Shown here one piece after another: positions 13,267-24,535 of a stretch of 64,000 nucleotides of DNA. The number at the start of each line of letters is the position of its first letter. Positions within the stretch are counted from its first letter, which is position 1. The translations under genes and the position numbers were made by a program. The DNA comes from Octopus sinensis (taxonomy: Eukaryota): the NCBI RefSeq assembly GCF_006345805.1, contig NC_043001.1, forward strand, positions 94,426,001 to 94,490,000. Direction: 5' to 3'. Below the pieces are notes generated by a model that was not told where the DNA came from, made no database searches, and saw only the letters and a list, made by a program, of their open reading frames with translations.

Positions 13267-13539
13267 CTATATATATATCCATGTATGTATTTCAAGTTTA
13301 ATGATTTGCATATGATACGCTTTCTATACATACAAAAAATACCACCTTGGTTTGAATCAGTATGGTAATATATAAATCAAGTCAAACAAATTCTGCAAAC
13401 AAACGAATTAACTATGTCAATGCATAAAGCGCTCACATCAGAAAAGTACTTAAGAGCGTCCTCTTATTTAATTTACGTAATTTTCTTCCTCCCTTCCATC
13501 CTGCTCTCTCCCTCATCATCGCTTTATTCTCCCGTTATT

Positions 13540-13758
13540 TCATCATTTTCTTCTTCTTCTTCTACTTCTACTTCTTCTTCTTCTTCTTCTTTCTTCTTCT
13601 TCTTCTTCTTCTATTTCTTCTTCTTTTTCTTCTTCGTCTTCTCCTCCTTCTTCTTCTGCTTCTTCTTCTTTCTATTCTTAATCTTCTTCTTCTTCTTCTT
13701 CTTCTTCTTCTTCTGCTTCTTCTTCTTCTTCTTCTTCTTCTTCTTCTGCTTCTTCTTC

Positions 13759-13790
<32 letters not shown>

Positions 13791-13971
13791 TTCTTTTTTC
13801 TTCTGCTTCTCCTTCTTCTGCTTCTCCTCCTTCTGCTTCTTCATCTTCTTTATCATATTTTACTTTCATCATCTTCATCATTTTCCTCTTCACCATCAAC
13901 ATCATCATCATCATCATCGTCGTCGTCGTCGTCGTTGTCGTCGTCTTCATCATCATCATCTTCTCTTTCTT

Positions 13972-14040
<69 letters not shown>

Positions 14041-14080
14041 ATACTACTACCACTACTACTTGTTCTACTTCTTCTTCTTC
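13540..14080. repeat. Compound trinucleotide array (TTC)n-(CAT)n-(CGT)n-(CTA)n
   Basis: Directly visible; source of the poly-F/H/R/L ORF 13414-14157. Confidence 0.97.
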
Positions 14081-14504
14081 CGCTATGGAACCCTGTAAGC
14101 AAGCTGATTAATAGGACACCTGAATGCATTCATCCATTATTGCTTCTGTCATACTAAACTACAGTACGAATTGTTGGCGACAACTGCTGCCGCAGTGTTT
14201 ACAGTATATTCCGCTATCGAATACGAGAAGGGGAATATGAAATGTTCTTCGCTATTTTGTACCGTAGCTGCCTTCTTAAAGATGACTTATAACATAAGCA
14301 TCGATAAATAACTTAGATACATGTGCACGTAAGTGAACTACGGACAACTAGATTGTCAGAACAGATATGTCATGCAAATGCGATGAGAATACACTGCACT
14401 TTTAACGAAAAATGTATGAACTCAATACGACAGTTTTTGAATGTCAGAAATACATGCACACGAGACACACAAATAATAATTTTACGGGCATATAAGCATA
14501 TATA

Positions 14505-14556
14505 TATTATATATGTATGTGTACAGATATATATATATATATTATATATATATATA

Positions 14557-14631
<75 letters not shown>

Positions 14632-14715
14632 GTATATATACATATATATATACGCATATATAAACATATGCTATGTATATTTACAGAAATATATATGTAT
14701 ATATATATATATATG
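14505..14715. repeat. Interrupted (TA)n microsatellite
   Basis: Directly visible. Confidence 0.95.
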
Positions 14716-15258
14716 AATATACGTTTTATATATATCATATTAAATAAATGATAGAGAAGATTGATTGATATGGAAGACGGAGTGTAACTAGAAGCTCAGT
14801 TATCACAACAGTCGTTTCGGTTCCATTCTGCATTACTCCTACTGTGTAATGCACTATTTAATGACATCGGATATAATGTACAGTGCAGAAAGCTTCATCA
14901 AGTGGCATAATATGCTTCAAAATGTATAAGATTTACATCTGGATTTCGCTCCAAAATTACATGCTCTTGGTGACACTACTACATCCTCACTTCGGCAAAA
15001 TGTATCTGAACTGCTGGGCAACTCACCACTAAGCTATTATCTTCGGGAAACATTTAGACGTAAACCTTATAATATGTTTGTTACTTCATGATGCTTCCTG
15101 CACTGTACGTTGCATCTCATATCACTTCATCGCCCCACACCCGCTAGGAAGCGTTGCAGAATGAAACCAAGGCAATTTCTGTGCTCATAAAGTTTCTTGT
15201 TACCCCCCGTCGTCAATATCAATCATATGATGTATAGACAAAGTGCTTCTAGGAATTT

Positions 15259-15358
15259 NNNNNNNNNNNNNNNNNNNNNNNNNNNNNNNNNNNNNNNNNN
15301 NNNNNNNNNNNNNNNNNNNNNNNNNNNNNNNNNNNNNNNNNNNNNNNNNNNNNNNNNN
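15259..15358. other. Assembly gap (100 N)
   Basis: Exactly 100 N, a typical fixed-size scaffold join. Confidence 0.99.
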
Positions 15359-15442
15359 TGCTTTAGTGCATTGTTGTACTATTCAAAACTTTTTATTCTT
15401 TCAATGAATATACAATACTTCAAGCGAACCACATTACTCTCC

Positions 15443-15488
<46 letters not shown>

Positions 15489-15549
15489 TAAAACATTATG
15501 GTGAATTGAAGAAATGGAGCTGAACGCAGATTGAACAGAAATCGTTTTA

Positions 15550-15638
15550 TTTCATTCTACACGTGTTTCGAAAGGCACAAATTACCAAAATCCGATTGAA
15601 TAATGGGACCATATTGTGTCTTTCTCTTCAGGAAGAAA
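15550..15638 (-). ncRNA. Type I hammerhead ribozyme motif (locus A, inverted arm)
   Basis: UUUCUUC CUGAAGA GAAAGACACAA [31-nt loop] UUGUGCCUUUC GAA ACACGUGU A GAAUGAAA. Stem II has 10/11 pairs, stem III is palindromic (ACACGUGU), the site is GUA, and stem I has 7 bp with one bulge. Confidence 0.75.
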
Positions 15639-16572
15639 AAAGGGAAATCCGTTGGAAAAACAAAAAACAGAACAGAGGCGGAGCAAAAAACAAATCGAAC
15701 TGTGCTCCTAAGAGCCCATGGCGAAACTGTTTATCAGTGTATGTTGAGAACGGTGGCTGAAGAATTCAACGGGTCAGCATCGGTCAATCATGTGGGAGGG
15801 TGTATAGATGTTCTTTGTGCCGAGAATAAAGTTCTGACTATTTAAGGAATATTGGATGTTTTATAAGGGGCGAGAAAAAATCTACAGAGACGTGTGTGTG
15901 TGTATACTGTTCTATATATGTGTGTGTTGGCGTAGGGGTAGAAAACATTTTTTGTGTACGTGTGTGCGTTTGATCGTTCGGCTGTCAGTGGCTACTGCCG
16001 TGATAACCGTTGGGGGGCAAAGAAAAAAAATAAAAAAAAATATATATATATTATGTTTATGTGTGTGTGTGTTCATCTAAGCCTGCCTTGTCAACCACAG
16101 CGGGGGGGTTTCCTTGACAAGGCAGGCTTAGATGAACCCACACACACATAAAACATAATATATATATATTTTTTTTATTTTTTTCTTCTGCCACCCAACG
16201 TTTATCACGGCAGTAGCCACTGACAGCCGAACGATCAAAAAACGCACACACGTACACAAAAAATGTTTTCTACCCCTACGCCAACACACACATATATAGA
16301 ACAGTATACACACACACACGTCTCTAAGTAGATTTTTTCTCGCCCCTTATAAAACATCCAATATTCCTTAAATAGTCAGAACTTTATTCTCGGTCACAAA
16401 GAACATCTATACACCCTCACCACATGATTGACCGATGCCTGACCCGTTGAATTCTTCAGCCACCGGTTCTCAACATACATGATAAACAGTTTCGCCATGG
16501 GCTCTTAGGAGCACAGTTCGATTTGTTTTTGCTCCGCCTCTGTTCTGTTTTGTTTTTCCAACGGATTTCTTT

Positions 16573-16664
16573 TTTCTTCCTGAAGAGAAAGACACAATAT
16601 GGTCCCATTATTCAATCGGATTTTGGTAATTTGTGCCTTTCGAAACACGTGTGTTAGAATGAAA
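16573..16664 (+). ncRNA. Hammerhead motif (locus A, direct arm) with a GTT insertion at the cleavage site
   Basis: Same as 15550-15638 but reads GAAACACGUGUGUUAGAAUG; the insertion may be a mutation or a sequencing error. Confidence 0.55.
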
Positions 16665-16951
16665 TAAAACGATTTCTGTTCAATCTGCGTTCAGCTCCAT
16701 TTCTTCAATTCACCAATAATGTTTTAATTTCAATTATCCGCACCAACGCACGGTTGCAACGCCAGATGGTTGTACCTCCAACCGTGCTGTTTACTGCTGT
16801 GATTTTTGCTACTAAGGTATCGGTTAAACTTTTGATTAATCTACTACAAGATATTCATCTTTCTATTTCACATAATATATATAAATATATATACATACTA
16901 TTATATATATTATATATTATATTATATATAATTATGATATGTTTATTTATT

Positions 16952-17726
16952 TTACATTATATAAAAGGGCTTAGTAAAAAAATTACTTTGCCAATACTGA
17001 ACTCATTAGCAAATAGCAGCCAAAAAAGTTTTTAGCTATTTCTAATACTTAAAGAAAAATTCTCTCAGATAGTGTTTACTCAAAATAACCCACGAAGGTA
17101 TGGGGGTAAAAAACATTAAAAAATCACAAGTGCAAAGATTATTGAGAACGTTACGTTCTAGATCAGCCAAATAAATCATTCGACATTTCTTTCGTCAGCC
17201 CAAATTTCTTAATTTGGATTTGGAAACACTGAAGTAGGAACATACGCTTTGGCGACTTAAACACCTCAGATGACCCGTTCAAACTGACAGTGCCAACAAA
17301 TTCAAAATATGCAAGCGAAGAATTCCTGCTCTCTCCTTCCACCCACGTGGGCTAAACTAGCAAACACCATATTTTAGCGGTGAAAACCGAGGCAATAAAC
17401 AGAGAGAAATGAATTATAATTTCAACAATTGAGGGTAAAATTAATTAGTTATTAATCAATTTCACCAAGTATTCAGTATGGGTTATTTCGTGGGTTATTT
17501 TGAGTAAACACTATCTGAGAGAAATTTTCTTTAAGTATTAGAAATAGCTAAAAAACTTTTTGGGCTGCTATTTCTAATGAGTTCAGTATGTGGCAAAGTA
17601 ATTTATTTTACTAAGCCCTTTTATATAATGTAATATTTTGAATTCGCCTTAAATGGTCCTTTTACATATTGAATACTTGGTGAAATTGATTAATAAACTA
17701 ATTAATTTACCCTCAATTGTTGAAAT
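16952..17726 (-). repeat. Crossed inverted-repeat structure (locus B), unit about 560 bp
   Basis: 16952-17096 is the reverse complement of 17487-17633, and 17419-17475 is the reverse complement of 17670-17726. Abuts the (TA)n array at 17727. Confidence 0.9.
17142..17203 (-). ncRNA. Hammerhead-like motif (locus B), one A missing from GAAA
   Basis: UUGGG CUGACGA A AGA AAU GUCGAAU GAUUU AUUUGGC UGA UCU A GAA(-) CGUAACG U U CUCAA; all three stems can form. Confidence 0.55.
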
Positions 17727-17812
17727 AATATATATATATATATATAATATATATAATATTATATATAATATATATAATATATATATATACACATATATAT
17801 ATATATATATAT

Positions 17813-17852
<40 letters not shown>

Positions 17853-17856
17853 TACA

Positions 17857-17899
<43 letters not shown>

Positions 17900-17908
17900 T
17901 ACATATAT

Positions 17909-17989
<81 letters not shown>

Positions 17990-17990
17990 T
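17727..17990. repeat. (TA)n microsatellite
   Basis: Directly visible. Confidence 0.97.
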
Positions 17991-19065
17991 AATACATCGC
18001 TGAGCGAGGGATAAACAGTAGCTGCACGGCATCATGATATATATTTGCCAATTAAATGTGGCTGAATGATGACTTCCCTTTGCAAATACTGATTGGGCAC
18101 AGAGAGTGTGTCAATAGCCATCTGGAGGAGGTAACTTCCTGGGGCTACACGCTACAGTAGCATCCACACTTAAGGGTTAGCCACATTTGAAAATATAGTT
18201 GAAAATATAGTTAGAGTGCGTAAAACGATTTAACATTGATTATAAACGTTGTTGATTATAAATTAAATGTAATCGGGAAAAATTATGCAATCAGTAATCA
18301 GGTAATTTAATGAGAAGCATAGTTTTGTTATAGGATCTATCGAGATAAGATCGATCATACGTGAGGTGTGTTGCAGAGGTATGTCCCAGCATAATTCTTA
18401 ATTAAAATAGTTTGTCATGTGGGCTTTGAATGTCGAATTCTAAACCATTCACCTTTTAAATACATGAAGTACCGTAGGTCCATTTATAATAGTGAAACAA
18501 ATACACAAATTGGTAGGAAGTGCATTAACAGAATATATGAATAAAAGCAATAAAAGAACTGATAATTGTCTCTTGGAAACATATTTTGAACTCTATTATT
18601 GGAATTATTAAAACAGAAAATTCACGGTGACGAGATATATGTGAGAGATATTGGTGTGTTAATTTAGAAAAAAATATTCATACACGTATATTATTCAGAC
18701 ATGTATATTACAGTATTCATATCGACGCCAACATGATTCACAAAATTGTCTATTGTAATTCTGTACATGACGTCCATTCCAATTTTCATACACACCATGA
18801 TAAAAACCGCGAGTTTAAAACTGGAAAATAATTGTATTAGGATTATATTTAGGAATGCGGTAAAGGAAGAAAATATTTTATAGAACGTCAATTGTAATGC
18901 AAGGGACGAGGAATTATAGAAGTAAAATTCAAACTTTCACTGGTTCCAATTTCTAGCGAAAAGCCGGTAGAAATGATAACTAAATCTCGATCTTACCGTA
19001 TCTATTACTTTAAAGACTATACATACAGCGGTCGATACGATCGTACATATATTTACAAACCACGA

Positions 19066-19295
19066 GACGGCGAGCTGGCAGACACGTTAGCGCGCCGGGC
19101 GAAATGCTTAGCGGTATTTCGTCTGTCGTTACGTTCTGAGTTCAAATTCCGTCGAGGTCGACTTTGCCTTTCATCCTTTCGGGGTCGATAAATAAAGTAC
19201 CAATTTCGCACTACGGTCGATGTAATCGACTTAATCCCTTTGTCTGTCCATGTTTGCCCTCTCTATGTTTAGCCCCTTGTGGGCAATAAAGAAAT
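19066..19295 (+). mobile_element. Full-length tRNA-derived SINE (ggcggcgagctggcagaa family, tail I) with an 18-bp target-site duplication
   Basis: A-box, B-box (gttctgagttcaaattcc) and central gactttgcctttcatcctttcggggtcgataaa...agtacca domain (Meta/Sauria-like from memory). TSD atatatttacaaaccacg at 19047-19064 and 19296-19313. Confidence 0.92.
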
Positions 19296-19484
19296 ATATA
19301 TTTACAAACCACGTTACAATCAAAACCGAAAGGGACACTTGTCTGAAATATGCTCAAATTATAGTTGTTAGAATAAGTAGCAAGAGAGAACAGAATTCAG
19401 CTTTTGCTATATTACTATACATATATACATGAAAATGCTTGTATACATAAATGCATGCGTATATAAATATCGGTTTAAAATTTT

Positions 19485-19645
19485 TGAAACGAGGCCACAA
19501 ATTTCGAGGGTTGATTACGTCGACCCCACTATTTAATTGTTAGATTTCTTTTTATCGACACCGAAATGATGAAAGGCAAATTTGGCGTCGGCGAAAATTT
19601 GAACTCAGAACATAAAGAAGTAAGCAACCAAGCAATTTACCCGGC
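19485..19645 (-). mobile_element. Degenerate SINE, same family
   Basis: tatcgacaccgaaatgatgaaaggcaaa...tttgaactcagaac. Confidence 0.7.
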
Positions 19646-19684
19646 ATGTGTAAATATACAAAATTATATACACAGGTACACAAG

Positions 19685-19693
19685 GGATATATA

Positions 19694-19733
<40 letters not shown>

Positions 19734-20042
19734 GTGTGTGTATGTGTATATATATATATGTCTGTTTGCGTGAGTGTATGAGTGTAAGGGTGTGTATGCA
19801 TGCGTCTATATGTGTCTGTATGTAAATATATATATATATATGTATATTCATACATATATGTGTATATATATATACATATATGTATATATATATATATATT
19901 ACATATATGTATATATATATATATATACATACATGTATATATATATACATATACATATACATATATATATACATATACATATTATATACATATATATATA
20001 TATATACATATATATATACATACATATATGTATATATATATG

Positions 20043-20093
<51 letters not shown>

Positions 20094-20265
20094 GTATATA
20101 TATACATATATATATATATATACACATATATATATACACACACAATATATATATATATACAATATATATATATACAATATATATATATACATATATATAT
20201 ATATACATATATTATATATATATATATACATATATATATACATATATATATATACATATATATAT

Positions 20266-20298
<33 letters not shown>

Positions 20299-20319
20299 TA
20301 TATATACATATATATATAC

Positions 20320-20364
<45 letters not shown>

Positions 20365-20503
20365 CATATATATATATACGTATATATATATATACATATA
20401 TATATATATTACATATATATATATATAATAATATATATATATATATTATATATATATACATATATAATATATACATATATATAATATATATATATAATAT
20501 ATA

Positions 20504-20543
<40 letters not shown>
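19685..20543. repeat. Interrupted (TA)n/(TACA)n array of about 860 bp
   Basis: Directly visible; source of the eight or so poly-IY ORFs in the track. Confidence 0.97.
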
Positions 20544-20635
20544 TTAATCCAAACATGAAAACACAAAGAGGAAACACAACAACGCGAGGACGAGGAACAA
20601 GTATAGTATTATTGGACGCTCAGGAAAGAAGGAGG

Positions 20636-20670
20636 GTTTAACGTTTCGAGCGGAGCTCCTCATCAGAAAC
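20636..20670 (-). ncRNA. Minimal PLE-type hammerhead motif
   Basis: GUUU CUGAUGA G GAGC UCC GCUC GAA ACGU U AAAC: 4-bp stem I, an extra purine after A9, 4-bp stem II, palindromic ACGU stem III. Confidence 0.65.
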
Positions 20671-21404
20671 ATAGAAAAAGGAAAGATCCAAAGAAAGGAA
20701 GACGGATGATGTGAGTATATGTATATACACACACATACACACACATACAGACACACATGCATACACACACTTATATGTGTGTAGGTGCACATGTATGTAT
20801 GTAAATACAGCCGTCCATGTGCCCGTGTGTATGCCTTGCTGCCCCCATGTCAATTTATATGTGTATGTAGATATACTGCCTTGGGACAAAACTAGGAATA
20901 CATTTGCCTAATATGTGTGGGGCTTTCTTTTCATTTCTCTGTTGCTAAGCTATTAATCATAAGTTGACATGCAGTTGATTCCACGTTCATTTCTGGATAC
21001 TTTGAGCAAATGTTTGAGACACTCTACCTAACACTAAATGCGCGTGCGCGTATGTGTGCGTGTGTGCGTGTGTATACATCAGTATGCGTATCTGCAAAAA
21101 TATGTGCATACATATGTGTGTGTATGTATATATGTATATATGTGAGTGTGTATGTATATGTCCCTTTTCACTCGCAGAACAATGATCGGAAAATCCTCAG
21201 GGGCTTTCACTTCAATGGGTTTTATCTAAGATCCTCCTTTAGATGTCATGGTAATACTCTGTCCTGAAAAACGCAAAATTGCTTGAAAGCATTATTTTTT
21301 CAACTAGTACGTTTACCAGTCATCCCACTGATTTTGTAAGCAATTTATGCCAACAAATATCTAACTGCTCTAGACTTTCATTACAGGCAATGACGTGCAC
21401 AATG

Positions 21405-21469
<65 letters not shown>

Positions 21470-22214
21470 CAATAAAAATGGTAAATAATTTTCTGTGGTT
21501 TTTCATGTAACCAACAATTATTTACCGGTAAATTTCGGTATGTAAATACGACAAATTAATTGTCAGGACCTTTGTAAGGTTCAGTATATAGTAAAGAAAA
21601 TAAGGTGGCTAGCAGCAGGCTGTTTCGCCTCATACCGAAAGAATTAGAAATGGCAGTCAAAGACCGTTTTTTCCATGTTCTATAAGTGGAGATTCCAAAA
21701 ACGAAGGCCCTTACGGCTCACATACACAAAATCGGAGTGGCAAATATACGAAAGCAGTCACTTACCGTTAATAGCGAACACCGTGTTTCTGGATCACAAA
21801 CATATAGGAATCTCCACTTATAGAAAATGGAAAAAACGGTCTTAGACTGCCATTTCTAATTCTTTCGGTATGAGGCGAAACAGCCTGCTGCTAGCCACCT
21901 TATTTTCTTTACTATATACTGAACCTTACAAAGGTCCTGACAATTAATTTGTCGTATTTACATACCGAAATTTACCGGTAAATAATTGTTAGTTACATGA
22001 AAAACCACAGAAAATTATTTACCATTTTTATTGCATTACCATGTGGATTCCTCATTCCATTACGATTACCCAGAAGGCGCGCATGGCAGAATTTTGGAGG
22101 GAAAATTTACGTTCCCAGTCGTTACTTAGTTTTAACATCTGCGCACTTCCCCCCACTATCTGATGTCGCTGGGTCAGAAGTGAGGGCTGGTGGCATTTGG
22201 TAAAGCTATCGAAT

Positions 22215-22284
22215 ATAGCGCTGATGACGGAATTCAAACTCCTTTTTTCATATGTTTGTGATCCAGAAACACGGTGTTCGCTAT
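22215..22284 (+). ncRNA. Type I hammerhead motif, locus C copy 1
   Basis: AUAGCG CUGAUGA C GGA AUU CAAAC [loop] GUUUG UGA UCC A GAA ACACGGUGU U CGCUAU; 6-bp stem I; predicted cut after 22278. Confidence 0.72.
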
Positions 22285-22766
22285 TAACGGTAAGTGACCG
22301 CTTTCGTATATTTGCCACTCCGATTTTGTGTATGTGAGACGTAAGGGCCTTCGTTTTTGGAATCTCCACTTATAGAAAATGGAAAAAACGGTCTTTGACT
22401 GCCATTTCTAATTCTTTCGGTATGAGGCGAAACAGCCTGCTGCTAGCCACCTTATGTTCTTTACTATATACTGAAACTTACAAAGGTCCTGACAATTAAT
22501 TTGTCGTATTTACATACCGAAATTTACCGGTAAATAATTGTTAGTTACATGAAAAACCACAGAAAATTATTTACCATTTTTATTGCATTACCATGTGGAT
22601 TCCTCATTCCATTACGATTACCCAGAAGGCGCGCATGGCAGAATTTTGGAGGGAAAATTTACGTTCCCAGTCGTTACTTAGTTTTAACATCTGCGCACTT
22701 CCCCCCACTATCTGATGTCGCTGGGTCAGAAGTGAGGGCTGGTGGCATTTGGTAAACCTATCGAAT

Positions 22767-22837
22767 ATAGCGCTGATGACGGAATTCAAACTACTTTTTT
22801 TTATATGTTTGTGATCCAGAAACACGGTGTTCGCTAT
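22767..22837 (+). ncRNA. Type I hammerhead motif, locus C copy 2
   Basis: Identical core and stems; differences lie only in the stem II loop; predicted cut after 22831. Confidence 0.72.
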
Positions 22838-23014
22838 TAACGGTAAGTGACTGCTTTCGTATATTTGCCACTCCGATTTTGTGTATGTGAGACGTAAGGG
22901 CCTTCGTTTTTGGAATCTCCACTTATAGAACATGGAAAAAACTGTCTTTGACTGCCATTTCTAATTCTTTCGGTATGAGGCGAAACAGCCTGCTGCTAGC
23001 CACCTTATTTTCTT

Positions 23015-23089
<75 letters not shown>

Positions 23090-23411
23090 ATATATAATAT
23101 ATATATATATATATTATATTATATATATATATATATATATAACAGAGTTTAATATGAGTTAGGAATGACCAACTTTAAGAGAATCTTACATTGCTTATAA
23201 ACTTTACATCTGGATGGACTCATATTAAACTCTGTTGCACTTTTGTTACACAAAGGATATTTGAATATTACACATATATACCATTATGCCTATAAAACGG
23301 ATTTATGGACTCAATAACCATACATATCTTACATCTATTTTCTTTCCTTCTCCTCAATCTCTATTTGTATTACATAGAAACTAACTATGACTTAATTTTT
23401 CCTTTCACACC

Positions 23412-23469
23412 GTCTCCGATGAGGGGATATTATTATTATTAATTAATACTCTAGAAACAGCTGTAAGAC
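23412..23469 (+). ncRNA. Degenerate type I hammerhead motif
   Basis: GUCU CCGAUGA G GGGAUAUU [loop] AAUACUCU A GAA ACAGCUGU A AGAC. U4 is changed to C; palindromic stem III, GUA site and 4-bp stem I are intact. Confidence 0.6.
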
Positions 23470-23675
23470 CATCTATCTATAAATGCTCTAAAATCTATAG
23501 AGCTTTGGTTTTTTTATCTCATTATGCAAACAATTCATTTATACACACGCTGACTTAGAACCAACGTTGAACCCTTTATTCTCAATATTACCGAATCTGA
23601 AACTTAACTATGGTCTGTCTATAGCACTTATTCAGCATTACCTGACAACTTTGGGTCTCAATGACACCATTATCT

Positions 23676-23709
<34 letters not shown>

Positions 23710-24535
23710 ATGAAAGACAAAAGTACATCGACCGTGCATGCTTGAATTGGATAAAAGTCATGACAGAGGCAATGTTCTCTGAATGGATGCGATTACTGGG
23801 GGCTTTTAAAGAAAACCTGAACACTCTTGATATGAATGCGTACGTATATGCGACTTTGTGTGTATGTACGCTAATATGAATACATCACTGGACCCGTAAA
23901 ATTCTATGCTGCAATTATTGCTCATATTTGCTTTTCAACACATTCGGCATTATGTTCTTTTTCCGTAAAACGAAATCTACAGCTTCCAAGATACTTCCCA
24001 CTCAACACTCGCCCATCGTTTATAAAAATTTTTCTCACCTTTGTCACAGTTAACTCACTCTGTAAATTGGTTTCTGTGTCTTGCTAGATCTTCATTGCCA
24101 TATAAAATTTATGTTTTTCTCAAAGTCTCTCCAAAATCAGCTATTGTTAATTAGTGCGATTTAAAGGAGTTGGTAGCAGTACCTACATTTTCGAACCGAA
24201 TGTTTTAGCCGCGCAGAAGATTTTTGGATTCGAAGCATTAAAAGAGTATTAAATATTTATATATTTTCGTTGAGTTTGAGCTAAATATATAAATACGTCA
24301 TCCTCTGTCTTTGCATCTCAATAAAATGCAAACTGCATTACAACAGATACCACGGCTTCGTAAGAAACATTAATCTGCTTCAGATCAAAAAGAGAAACTC
24401 CTCCCTGTCTTTCTGTTATGGCAAAACCTTTTCTGCTTTTATTGTAGAAATCGATGTTCTAACACAAAGCAACGAAGTTTAAGGTTGACACGGCCATATT
24501 GTAGACACAGAAAATATGAGCTTTTATTCACAATC

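Larger units (their letters stand above)
15490..16724. repeat. Long inverted repeat (locus A): arms 15490-16094 and 16114-16724, 19-nt spacer
   Basis: Centre reads ...gcctgccttgtcaa ccacagcgggggggtttcc ttgacaaggcaggc...; the arms match throughout and differ mostly by small indels. Confidence 0.95.
21470..23023 (+). repeat. Locus C: inverted partial copy (21470-21806) plus about 2.2 head-to-tail copies of a 552/553-bp unit (21807-23023), flanked by (TA)n
   Basis: The unit restarts ggaatctcc at 21807, 22359 and 22912. 21470-21696 is the reverse complement of 21807-22033, and 21697-21806 is the reverse complement of about 22250-22358. Copies differ by scattered substitutions. Confidence 0.95.

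Noticed and set aside
13414-14157. 247-aa ORF and antisense acidic poly-E/D ORFs; likewise ORF 2272-2865
   Set aside because: Trinucleotide microsatellite and SINE translations.
16095-16113. Palindrome spacer as a missed PacBio SMRTbell adapter
   Set aside because: ccacagcgggggggtttcc does not match the adapter (no ATCTCTCTC/GAGAGAGAT ends); artefact is still possible by other routes.
19552-20558. Long ORFs (up to 252 aa) of I/Y/H/T; likewise 14323-14751, 45982-46631 and 132-652
   Set aside because: Translations of (TA)n/(CA)n arrays, which lack stop codons; no coding signal.
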